A stretch of DNA of 64,000 bases. Origin: Candidatus Thorarchaeota archaeon (GTDB taxonomy: Archaea > Asgardarchaeota > Thorarchaeia > Thorarchaeales > Thorarchaeaceae). Position numbers and translations under genes: made by a program. Under the pieces are notes generated by a model that was not told the DNA's origin, ran no database searches, and worked only from the letters and a program-made list of their open reading frames with translations. Shown here piece after piece: positions 52,901-59,753 of the stretch. Location of the stretch: the NCBI GenBank assembly GCA_016933575.1, contig JAFGAR010000101.1, positions 1 through 64,000 of the forward strand, read 5' to 3'. The stretch's first letter is position 1; each line of letters starts with the position of its first letter.

Positions 52901-55900
52901 GTCACCAACTATCTGCAGGCGATTCTCTCTTTCTCGATGATACGTTAATGGTCTGGGATGGTCCTAATAGCCGTTTCTTCCTCGATGTTACTCATTCTGT
53001 GGTTGGTCAATGGAAATACTATGTAAATGGCACAGGAGCTTTCGAATCAACATATGGCATTACTGCAATTGATACTCGCGGTTTGACTCGGAATGTGATC
53101 TGGGATGAGCTATCAATCACCATCACTCCCGATGAAACCTTAGTTCAAGATTTTGAGTCCGTCAGTTTCGCAATATATGTAGAATTTAGCTACGATTCAT
53201 CACAATGTACATCCTACATACTCGATATCAGTAGAAATGCCACATCCTGGCTATCTTTCAGCTATCCAAATAGGTCCTTGTTCATTGATGTCAATTCAAA
53301 TCTGATGTATAACTACAGTACGATGAATGTCGCAAGTGAGAGTATCTATGGTATCACAGTCTTTGTTGCAAACACTGTAGTAGTCACTTGGTCTACGCCT
53401 ACCAACTTTGCTCCAATTAATAATGCGGCACCAGTACTTCAGAATCCTGATGATACTAATGTCTTATACGCTAAACTAAGGACCTATAGTATCACATCCT
53501 CCATTCTCGACTATGATGGATTCTCCAATCTTGATTATGTGGAACTCTCTTTATGGGATAATACCAGAACGAGTGAAATTTGGCGACTTCGTTTTACTGT
53601 TTCAAATCATTCATTCTCTATCCAAACTGGTTCCAACTATCTGGAGATTTCATCTACGAGTGCATATTTGGAGAGTGGGTATCTCCTTAACATCACTTGG
53701 ATCATTAAGATTGACTGGGATCACCCGGATATTCAGAATGTAGATGTCAGGCAATATGCTCTGGATCAGTCTCTAGCCTCTGATAATGACTGGTATGAAT
53801 CTAATTGGAAGTTTGAAACTCGTTTAGATTACAGTACTGGCCCATACCTATCAGATGATCGTGGAGATGTCAATACTGCTGATCTTCAGGTATCCGGTAG
53901 TGTCGTTTATTATGGATCTCTATTGGTGCCCTTATCTAATGAAACAGACATATGGGTTATCCACGACTTTTCTGGTTCTTGGTCAAGTGATGTCAACGTT
54001 CTTGGAACTTTCTCGATTTCTGGAATTAGTTCATCTAACGTAGTTCGACTGAATACCTACACTTTCAAAATAGTGGTCAATGGAACTGGCCCTTCAAGTA
54101 CTGATCTGTTCTACACTGCTAGTCTAACTGGCACGTTCATCACTGACCAGATTGTGTTCTATATTTCGGGTGTTACTGACTCTCGAATCAACATCAATAC
54201 ACAATGTGATGTATGGTGGAAAGCGCGCTATCAGTACGATGGAACAGATGTGCAGAGTGGATTAATCGCTTATCTTAATGGTGCTTACCTTCTCTCATGG
54301 GACTCTGTAAATGCTAGATGGTATTACCAAGAATCTCGAAATACTGCTGTCCGCCGTGAGTATCAAGTCAGCAGTGCGACTGAAAGTGACTTTGGAATCA
54401 CATTATGGACACAGACAGCTCCTAATCAAGCAGTGATTTGGGATTCACTAATTGTTACAATAACTGATCCTATTGACCAACGAATCGATGTCAATACGAA
54501 CGCTTCTGGAATAATCGTGAGTGCAGTCTACAGATATGACATGACACCATTCGATGGTACAATTATTTTGAATAATTCAATATTCCAATATTCTAGTGTT
54601 CAGAGACAATATTATACAGTTGCATCAGTTTTTGGAGATGCCTATGGAATAACAACAATCTCCGTTAATGATATGACTTGGTGCATATGGGATCAAATTG
54701 AAGTAGTGTCAATTAGTACAAATATCACCTATCTTGACCCCTCCGAATTTGCTAGAGTCCAAATATACCTATGTTACGATTTTGATGACGCTCCGGTATT
54801 ATCAGGAATGTTCAGCCTTAAATTTGAAGAGCTCACCCATATTGGCGATGGAACTTGGGAGGTCAATGTCACAAGATCATCCTACCAGGCTGTTCATTTT
54901 GACAGCTTGACTACATGTAATGGTACTGTCTTTGGAATCTCAAGTTTCGATATGTATGGTAACTCCAGATCTGTCTATTGGGATCGCTTGGAGTTCTATG
55001 AGTCATCAACATCTGATTCCAGAATCAATATTGGTTCAACCGGCTTTATAATGTGGTCAGTGAAACTTCAAACTGCAGGTATCATAATAACCTCAGGACT
55101 AATAGCTGAAGTAAACGATGGATCGCCACTCGTTTACATTGATGGCTACTGGCGATCCTCTCACATCCTCTATACAGTTGGGGATGCCACATTCACGATA
55201 ATATCTGCTTCACTTGAGGGGATTGATTTCTTCACGAGAAGCACCTCTGATGTCACAGTTATTTGGGATAGAATCCGTGTAACAACAACCTCAGCGACAT
55301 CAACAAATCCCGAGATTGAGCAATATATCCAGATTCAAGCGACTCTTGTCTATGAATATGATAATACTCCTGTTGTAGATGGTGTTGTCAGTCTTTGGGA
55401 TCAAGAGGGACAGATATCTATGGTATACAATGTAACAGGTGGTTTCTGGTATGCCAATCTGACTAAGGTCGATGTTGGAAATTACAGCTTCTATATCAGC
55501 GCTGTGTCTGGTAATCAGTATGGGATTACTGAGATTGACCTAAATGGACATATTGTGACTGTTCAATTCGTACCACCTCTACTCCCACGCTTGACACCTA
55601 TGATGGCCTTCACACTATTCTCAGGATTTGGAGTCGTTCTTCTCGCTAGTGCTGTTTTGATCCGTAAGAAGTATCTCGTTAAGGTTCCTTATGAGATTAA
55701 ACAAATCAATCAAGCTCTAAAATCCATGGAAAAGAATGAGAAGGTTGAACCTCTTGATGTAAAAGATTTCGAGACTACAGTGTTCGCTGAATTAGAACCT
55801 GGTCTGATTGAATTGGACCTCAGCTTGGAAGAGATCCTAGGCAAAATCAGTGTTGACGAAACACAGGAGTACTCCTCTCTAGAAACTGAACTTGATCTAC

Positions 55901-56505
55901 AAGACATTATGGATGAATTCAAACTTCCAGACTATAAACAAGAACTCGATGAATACGAACTAGATGTTTCAATACTCTCTGAAAGCGAGTCTGAAGAAGC
56001 ATGGGCTGCCATGCTCAAGGAAGTCCGGCAAAAGGAGTCTGATGAGGGTCGCAAAGTTCCAATAACCAAAGAGGATTGGATCGAGCGGATTCCATCAGCA
56101 ATCAAGAGTGTCTTCTTTGAGGAAGAGTTGCGGGGATTGGATGTATCCGAATTGGAGCAACTATCGAAACTCAGTCTTGAGGAGGTTCAAGCCATCGTAG
56201 ATTCAATCGCTAAAAATGAGGAGTTGTACTCGTTCACAACTGAAGCAGCGGCTGAAGCAATTGCCTCCGCACTCTCAGATAAGACTGAGATTGATATCGA
56301 AGAGGAAGAAGAAGTCGATGAAGATACAAAGAAGATGCAGCTTCTGCAATTGTTACCAAGCTTCGTAAAGGAATTCTTTTCAAAGACATGGCTTGAAAAA
56401 TTATCTTTAGCAGAAATTGAGGAATTATTGACTATTCCTGAAGCCGACTTACATACTATCGTCAGATCGCTTGCAGAGAGTCGCGAATTTGCAGAAGAAG
56501 AATAG
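43939..56505 (+). CDS. giant repetitive membrane-anchored surface protein (4188 aa)
   Basis: uninterrupted 12.5-kb ORF; N-terminal signal; ~26 repeats of ~96 aa; TM at ~55600-55665; acidic cytoplasmic tail. Confidence 0.9.
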   Translation: MIIHRIALKYGLASIFILLFFINAPMILTTGENHQNWTSPQPINPGMAIASDEVDYVDIATSDIDSSPDIGSHSDFVNQQTGPDAVYDTLSEINADPAPTNTENDIDIEASNVDSSPDLGVEGIFANAQGTSLDSSYLGIQEESISQGYGGETGSVLVTGSIPDMADKDQFCLYQAIFWNPTDTIYQVSRVEFNYTGSQWLNAISQGSGVSYPISEWYLSNKQVAYWAGSSPINVQPHTVQSFYITGDSNRINSGFYIDIRITANSTTYIETYHSAQSNGNRPAAQLWLGSTTPPNQIHSISPSTQTTVYVSVEEAANKADILSGGTLTIDVPFGFTSIQDIGGTGWDSASIVGSQITVSNNVLIRASYLTYAFRITSPSTPGLYKLDVSFTDGLYAMPIGNFTIHVTGTPATTEKIDLEYQWTSAMYSAPNEKVCIYIASHSGTETLNANYWNGFSWNSLGSITSTGWTNFTATGLTTSTYTIQLIGNSESSDSSKDTWNIDLITLHTWSTQTYNYKLDLEVQWSSANYTQASEELCIYTGDLDSESIRVDVWTGSDWTNIATDLTANTWNNFSISSWLTSSIFTIRFRGDIETGDLTQSSWEIDCSLIHIWDNSDPQNTASPVISNIDSGNYLYAEYRQYLVTANVTDADGFADIDYLEMTLTSNDRLTEFWTVRFDEDTNSFSEESDPNGYIVLDVASSTYSKTSSEISASFNITITWDHPDVTNADVKCSVYDSNPSSDVDYFEVDWNIETRLDLSSGFSLNDGSGTTNRGDIDGSIIASGTIIYLGSTFHPKDGEIDVWISESEYGSVTGPWEATNYEESGGTFAVTVYADDTVGLDTFTVLAVKEGTGPTGDNNFNSSQTAQYMADRVQVQSFSTDDSRINTNSSASLHILLYYDYDNSYVTDGTVTVNGLTATYSGSNGVWDFSDSQNTAQQVTYNAVTYSDGAHGLTELDMNGQSIAQIWDNIKVASYSTIDAHVDINSDATIDVTIIYEYDDAPVTTGTVTINGISATHQGGGVWRIVQAAGSVQSVTYNSVACSGNIYGITLVDQNDKSQVVVWDRVIVESYSVTDERANINDVVNLTVSLKYEYDSSSITSGTVTINSLPATHIGSGIWQISVSKSSVQSVTYNLVACSGNTYGISEINQNSQSQLIIWDQITVRSYSISNGRVNIDDSVNIDVTLEYEYDDTPVTSGSVSINGNSATHQSAGVWRLIDTKSSLQSITYNTVTCSGNDFDITSVNQNSQSASVIWDTIVVRSYTVVDTRVNLDDSVNIDILLEYEYDDSLVTDGSVTINTIAASYVGSGIWRITESKSSVQSITYDSVICSGNVYEITEVNQNSQSIEVIWDQVVVRSYSVLDARVNIITSVEINFTLEYEFDNSLVTDGTVTLNGISAIHQEDGIWQITQSRSSVLGVTYNNVLCSGNLYGINDVNQNSQSQLIIWDQITVRQYEVTDARVNLDDNVNIEVTIEYEYDDSPVIDGTVTISSYSATHQGSGVWRITQSRSSVQGITYNAVVCSSNILGITSINQNGQSQLVIWDQITVRGYEVSDSRDNVGDNIIVTVELEYEYDDSDVIDGVVTINSVSFIYTGTLGKWSASRMQSSVTDETFDAVSVASNSFGITDVNQNSKSQLIIWDRIQVVTTSVDDARINIGAYCEIRVTLILEYDSTPLGSGDIVTLNGASMTWDASDARFELARQKATVGRWIYFVNSSLETTYGISNINLNSQQVSVIWDSILILTTVVDDARVSINSNVELRVTAQLAFDGHPLESGDSILLDSSSMTWDGVNSWFELARSKSSVGLWNFQVASASETTYGITAVDLNGQSQDVIWDRLNINIVADMDSVPNNIQVNFTMTVAFEYDLVESTSYSVRVYRDNIYWHTFTEPNITSFYDSNSDVTYAYNVTTVNSESIFGITVFVSNIETVIWGGSTAAPVNDNVPVLVNPDDSNYMFARLRFYIITSNVSDLQGYSDIDFVELSLWNNARSSEIWRIRFTESTNTFSIESGSDYIELSTGSSYVKSGNNLDIIWLIKIDWDHLDLSNIDLRQYVIDSSLLSDTNWYEADWNIETRLDYSTNPILSDDRGDLNTNDLECTGIVVYLGSLLHPLANETDVWVLHDISGSWSGILNATGGFAISNIASSSSVRLNTYTIKVVNSGDGFSGTDLYYTTSRTNTFITDRIEFYLSGVEDERINVNNTGVVWWSARYDYDNVTIVTGLVAQMNGSKVLGWDAANSQWYYEEVSQSIAKIGYSLFSATESGFGLTGWTQTASDVLIIWDLIVVRSYSVVNTRVNISDVVSIDVVLEYDFDDSYVEDGTVLINSVAASYQGLGIWRISQSQSIVGSMTYNSVSCINNGYNITLVNQNLQSQSVIWDRILVVSYVVTDNHINVDDTVNIDVTLVFEYDSSSVLTGSVTIDGISATHQGIGVWRIIESKSSIQSITYDTVTCTGNIFGISVVNQNSLFTTVIWDQIVVQYYTVLDTRVNVDDSVSIDVKLVYGYSGSDVTDGSVFVNGLSATHISNGIWRFSDSESAVQDNIYNSVICSGNFFGLTNVDQNGKSATVIWDRIIVQSYDVDDNHVDINTLVYVNVTLEYEYDNSAVLNGVVIIQSTSAIHIGNGVWQISITKSFVQMITLDTILCSSNSYGITSVNQNAQDISIIWDKITVRGYSVSDIRINVDDYAPIDVELEYEYDDSSVTNGVVTINGIPATHIGVGIWRINETSGSIQAHIYNLVVSTGNLYGITVIDQNLQSVTIIWDQIIVRSYLVLDERVNLGTVVNIDITLEYDYDNTDVETGLVTINGNTAAYRGSGVWRISVSESVVTSNTYNVVICSGNAYDITNVNQNGKSVVVIWDQITVRFLTASDPHDNIGSTIIVSITLEYEYDDSDVTDGLVIVNSISFSYTGSNGIWSANRLQNSVTSETFDAVVTSGNTHGITGINLNGQSLVVIWDRIRILTTSVDDSRVNTNSPATVLVTAELEYDGHQLSAGDSLFLDDTLMVWDGPNSRFFLDVTHSVVGQWKYYVNGTGAFESTYGITAIDTRGLTRNVIWDELSITITPDETLVQDFESVSFAIYVEFSYDSSQCTSYILDISRNATSWLSFSYPNRSLFIDVNSNLMYNYSTMNVASESIYGITVFVANTVVVTWSTPTNFAPINNAAPVLQNPDDTNVLYAKLRTYSITSSILDYDGFSNLDYVELSLWDNTRTSEIWRLRFTVSNHSFSIQTGSNYLEISSTSAYLESGYLLNITWIIKIDWDHPDIQNVDVRQYALDQSLASDNDWYESNWKFETRLDYSTGPYLSDDRGDVNTADLQVSGSVVYYGSLLVPLSNETDIWVIHDFSGSWSSDVNVLGTFSISGISSSNVVRLNTYTFKIVVNGTGPSSTDLFYTASLTGTFITDQIVFYISGVTDSRININTQCDVWWKARYQYDGTDVQSGLIAYLNGAYLLSWDSVNARWYYQESRNTAVRREYQVSSATESDFGITLWTQTAPNQAVIWDSLIVTITDPIDQRIDVNTNASGIIVSAVYRYDMTPFDGTIILNNSIFQYSSVQRQYYTVASVFGDAYGITTISVNDMTWCIWDQIEVVSISTNITYLDPSEFARVQIYLCYDFDDAPVLSGMFSLKFEELTHIGDGTWEVNVTRSSYQAVHFDSLTTCNGTVFGISSFDMYGNSRSVYWDRLEFYESSTSDSRINIGSTGFIMWSVKLQTAGIIITSGLIAEVNDGSPLVYIDGYWRSSHILYTVGDATFTIISASLEGIDFFTRSTSDVTVIWDRIRVTTTSATSTNPEIEQYIQIQATLVYEYDNTPVVDGVVSLWDQEGQISMVYNVTGGFWYANLTKVDVGNYSFYISAVSGNQYGITEIDLNGHIVTVQFVPPLLPRLTPMMAFTLFSGFGVVLLASAVLIRKKYLVKVPYEIKQINQALKSMEKNEKVEPLDVKDFETTVFAELEPGLIELDLSLEEILGKISVDETQEYSSLETELDLQDIMDEFKLPDYKQELDEYELDVSILSESESEEAWAAMLKEVRQKESDEGRKVPITKEDWIERIPSAIKSVFFEEELRGLDVSELEQLSKLSLEEVQAIVDSIAKNEELYSFTTEAAAEAIASALSDKTEIDIEEEEEVDEDTKKMQLLQLLPSFVKEFFSKTWLEKLSLAEIEELLTIPEADLHTIVRSLAESREFAEEE
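46549..55570 (+). repeat. intragenic 288-bp-period repeats in three arrays (about 11+10+5 units)
   Basis: Trp codons of the WD motif at 46840, 47128, 47416, 47704, 47992, 48280, 48568 and at 50782, 51070, 51358, 51646, 51934, 52222, 52510 (exact 288-bp spacing). Confidence 0.92.
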
Positions 56506-56551
56506 AGGTGTTCTGTGCGTTTGATGATTATCATTCAAAGCGTACACCTCT
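56504..56551. terminator. long hairpin between convergent genes
   Basis: AGAGGTGT...GTGCGTTTG ATGA tta TCAT t CAAA g CGTAC ACCTCT. Confidence 0.6.
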
Positions 56552-56591
56552 CTAATTGCAAATCATAAAATGATAGTACACAAACTTCACA

Positions 56592-58730
56592 CTATTCGTA
56601 GACGACTCTACTCGTTCGTCGCACATACATTATGAAAAGAAACACAATTGCCATTGCAACAAAGTAGGTAATGGGCTCAATAGCTGCTGAAAATTGAATC
56701 TCCAAATTTCTTAGTGCATCAAATAAGATGCTGATTACTTCACCAATTGCTAAAATTGAGATGAAGATCTCAACAAACTCCATGGATTTTGTTCTTCGAT
56801 TCTCCATCTCAGCTTCACGGCGTTCTCTTTCTCTTGTTCTCCGTTCAACAACTCCTGATGCAATATCTGAGAAGAGCGTTTGATGGTGAGAAAGTATCCC
56901 GAGTCTACGCTCAAGATAATTGACCATTCTGTCAACATTGAGATCGTCCATAATGTTCTTCATCAATTCTGCGTGATCACGATAATTTGAGGTGAGAGTC
57001 CCCCGGATTAATTCGATATTCATGTGCGCAGAAGTATCAAAATGAATCACTGGTAATAGCTGTCCTCTGGTTTCACTGATTCTCTTTTCAGCCAACTCTA
57101 ATTCCATTGTTTCTAAATCACGAGCCAAGTCAGAGGTACCTTCAATAAAAGTATCCAAGATTTCTCCTGCAATTTCTATGAAGGTTGAGATGAGACAACG
57201 CAATCTTACCGAGGTTTCTATGGTCTCTTGATATTGAAGTACTATCCATCTTGGGTCATCTGGAAAGAAAAGAATACCATGATTCTCAGTTGTGATAAGC
57301 AAATCAGTAGTGTGTGATCTGATTGGTGCAAGATTCCTGATTCCCATTGGGTCTCTCATGATCCAGTCATCAAGAGCCGCTCTTGCTTCCATCTGACCGA
57401 GTAATAGTCCTTTGTAGTCTGGAAATCGGACAGCTCTTTCGAGAGGTAATAAACTGTCTTCATGATTGCCTCTAGACCATACACCTCTCTGAATAAGGAC
57501 ATAACTATACCAGTTGAGATGCGGGACAAATCTTAGTGATAATCCCATATCCAAGTTCGAAAAGACCTTACTTATACTCGTCACAATTTCCTCAGCAATT
57601 GTACTTAATCTAGTATAGAATCTCCCCTCCCATTGAATGTCAAATTCAGCACAATGTGGTCCACTCAGTGAAAGATATACTCTCAGATCCGAAACTGTCA
57701 ATTCATCTACATCAGTTTCCAAATGGATCGTAGCTACTCCATACCTATAGATTCTGACACTCATTTGAAGTTCTACATCAATCCCTCTGAAATCGATAAT
57801 CAGTGGATTGAGCGTGATAACTAGGTCCTTCATCTTATCTACGCCAAGTACTGTTTCAAAGAGATCTGATAGACTGTCTTCATCAATTGTTTGAATAGAG
57901 ATGCCATGGGTTTTCATTTGGTCAACGAATTCATCATTATCTTCAGTTAGTGAATCATAGATTGAGTTAAGATATTCTGGTTCGCCATAGAAGCTGTATA
58001 GCCAAGTCAATCGATTACCTTTTAGTATTAGATAATCAGGATGTTTCGAAATTATCTCTCGATGGTATTTTAGAAATTCCAAGTAGCTAGCCAGTTCAGA
58101 ATAGGAATCTTCATCTTCTGCTTCAAGAATTCCCTCAAGACATTTCTTAATCTTTATCTCCGATTCTTGGAATATTCTCTCGAATTCAGTTGTTCTTACT
58201 GCAGACATCGCTTTACTGTATGCTGCTACACCATTACCATATAGTTGCCAGGCTGAAAGTTGAGTCTGAAACCATTCAACTAGACTACCTTCAGCAACTT
58301 CCATCTTCGATATGTATTCAAGACCCTCATTGGCAATTGCGGAGAGATTATCCGCAATTTCTACCATCTTATGAGGGTCAACAGAAATTAGAGCATTTTC
58401 AAGGTTAATAGCTGCTTCTAATACACCGCTGAGAGAATTAAGACACATCAATCCATGCTTCTCTGTTTCAGAACAGAATTCAATGCTCTCCTGGATAACA
58501 TCTATGGCCTTTCTTAGGAGACCACGTGCCATTCCATAATCATATGAAGACTCCCAGCGGGAATGCCCTTCGAAGTAATAGACAAATGCTTGGAGTAATA
58601 TCCTAAGAGATCTTTCTCTTGTCAACCCCAATTCTTTCCTTGCCAAAATCGCAGCTGACTCATAGTCACAGTCATCATAAATCTCCAGGATCGGATGAAG
58701 AATATCAAGAAACTCGCGGAATGGCATCAA
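56592..58730 (-). CDS. helical (TPR-like) N-terminus fused to a CorA-like domain with two C-terminal TMs
   Basis: helical N-terminal ~230 aa; alpha/beta core with VRIYRYGVATIHL; long stalk helix; 2 TM; no GMN motif. Confidence 0.55.
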   Translation of the reverse strand: MMPFREFLDILHPILEIYDDCDYESAAILARKELGLTRERSLRILLQAFVYYFEGHSRWESSYDYGMARGLLRKAIDVIQESIEFCSETEKHGLMCLNSLSGVLEAAINLENALISVDPHKMVEIADNLSAIANEGLEYISKMEVAEGSLVEWFQTQLSAWQLYGNGVAAYSKAMSAVRTTEFERIFQESEIKIKKCLEGILEAEDEDSYSELASYLEFLKYHREIISKHPDYLILKGNRLTWLYSFYGEPEYLNSIYDSLTEDNDEFVDQMKTHGISIQTIDEDSLSDLFETVLGVDKMKDLVITLNPLIIDFRGIDVELQMSVRIYRYGVATIHLETDVDELTVSDLRVYLSLSGPHCAEFDIQWEGRFYTRLSTIAEEIVTSISKVFSNLDMGLSLRFVPHLNWYSYVLIQRGVWSRGNHEDSLLPLERAVRFPDYKGLLLGQMEARAALDDWIMRDPMGIRNLAPIRSHTTDLLITTENHGILFFPDDPRWIVLQYQETIETSVRLRCLISTFIEIAGEILDTFIEGTSDLARDLETMELELAEKRISETRGQLLPVIHFDTSAHMNIELIRGTLTSNYRDHAELMKNIMDDLNVDRMVNYLERRLGILSHHQTLFSDIASGVVERRTRERERREAEMENRRTKSMEFVEIFISILAIGEVISILFDALRNLEIQFSAAIEPITYFVAMAIVFLFIMYVRRTSRVVYE

Positions 58731-58742
58731 TCAACCTCCAAA

Positions 58743-59603
58743 TCACTTGATGACTGGTTTTCGAAGCAGAAACTCAGATTCAATACGTTTGTACCCTTTT
58801 AGGTACAAAATATCTAGAATGTCTTGATGGTTGTCCTGAATCCAGAATTCGACAGTTTCTAATTCCAATAATTCCATACATGCATCAAGAACCTGTGGAC
58901 CATAATCTGGTCTAATATTGAACTGGATTTCAGTATGAGGTTTCTTTCTCTTTTCCATCAACATTCTGATATAACCAACAACTAGACCCTCGTTTGTTCT
59001 GAAGATCCTATGTTCCGGTTTGAGAAGTTCTCTCCACGAATCTTCATTCCTTGTACTCCAATATGAATCAGGAGTGAGTTTCATGAGATCTGGAATAATG
59101 TCTTGAGATGGTGGCTCTATCTTAAGTGTACTTTGTCCTTCAGGAATCCATTTCTTTCCTCTCAAATGAAGTTCAACAAAACGAATTCCATAGTCAATTT
59201 TCTCATACAGCGATAATGCTCTATAATTGGTTGTCTTAACACCAATCGCTAGTTCTCTAATATCTGGGTAGTGTTTCTTGAGTATTTTTTCTGACTCTTT
59301 TATGAGATATGTTCCAATTCCCTGTCCCCTATAATCCGGATGAATTGCCAGCTCCCAAATGAATCCCCAACGAAGAATGTCGTTGAATACGTTAATCACA
59401 ACACCAACAATCGTTTTTCCAAGTACCGCGACTCTCCAGAGTCTTTCCAACTCACCACTTTCATAACATCTTTCCCACCACTCTGAGAATCGTTTTTCTG
59501 ATATCTCATCAACACCTGGTAAGCCTGTATTATACACTTCGAAGAATTCTTCTCTCTCATCACTTGAAGGAGCACGGATTCTAACATCTCTCATTAGTGA
59601 CAT
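58743..59603 (-). CDS. GNAT acetyltransferase (tandem fold)
   Basis: LAIHPDYRGQGIGT, NYRALSLYEK; degenerate second domain ending LYLKGYK. Confidence 0.88.
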   Translation of the reverse strand: MSLMRDVRIRAPSSDEREEFFEVYNTGLPGVDEISEKRFSEWWERCYESGELERLWRVAVLGKTIVGVVINVFNDILRWGFIWELAIHPDYRGQGIGTYLIKESEKILKKHYPDIRELAIGVKTTNYRALSLYEKIDYGIRFVELHLRGKKWIPEGQSTLKIEPPSQDIIPDLMKLTPDSYWSTRNEDSWRELLKPEHRIFRTNEGLVVGYIRMLMEKRKKPHTEIQFNIRPDYGPQVLDACMELLELETVEFWIQDNHQDILDILYLKGYKRIESEFLLRKPVIK

Positions 59604-59753
59604 TGTTACCCCATAGTGATTGAGTGAAGGCATAGTTAAGAATTGTTTGTCAATCCATATTCAATTAAGAATTAGCATCAAATGAAAGAATCAGTCCCTG
59701 TGCTATTTATGGCTTTTAAATCTTTAACAACTTCAACATCAAGATCATCCACT

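Noticed and set aside
56503-56570. TAG immediately followed by a hairpin, suggesting pyrrolysine readthrough
   Set aside because: Readthrough adds only ~20 uninformative residues; the hairpin lies between convergent genes and is better explained as a 3' element
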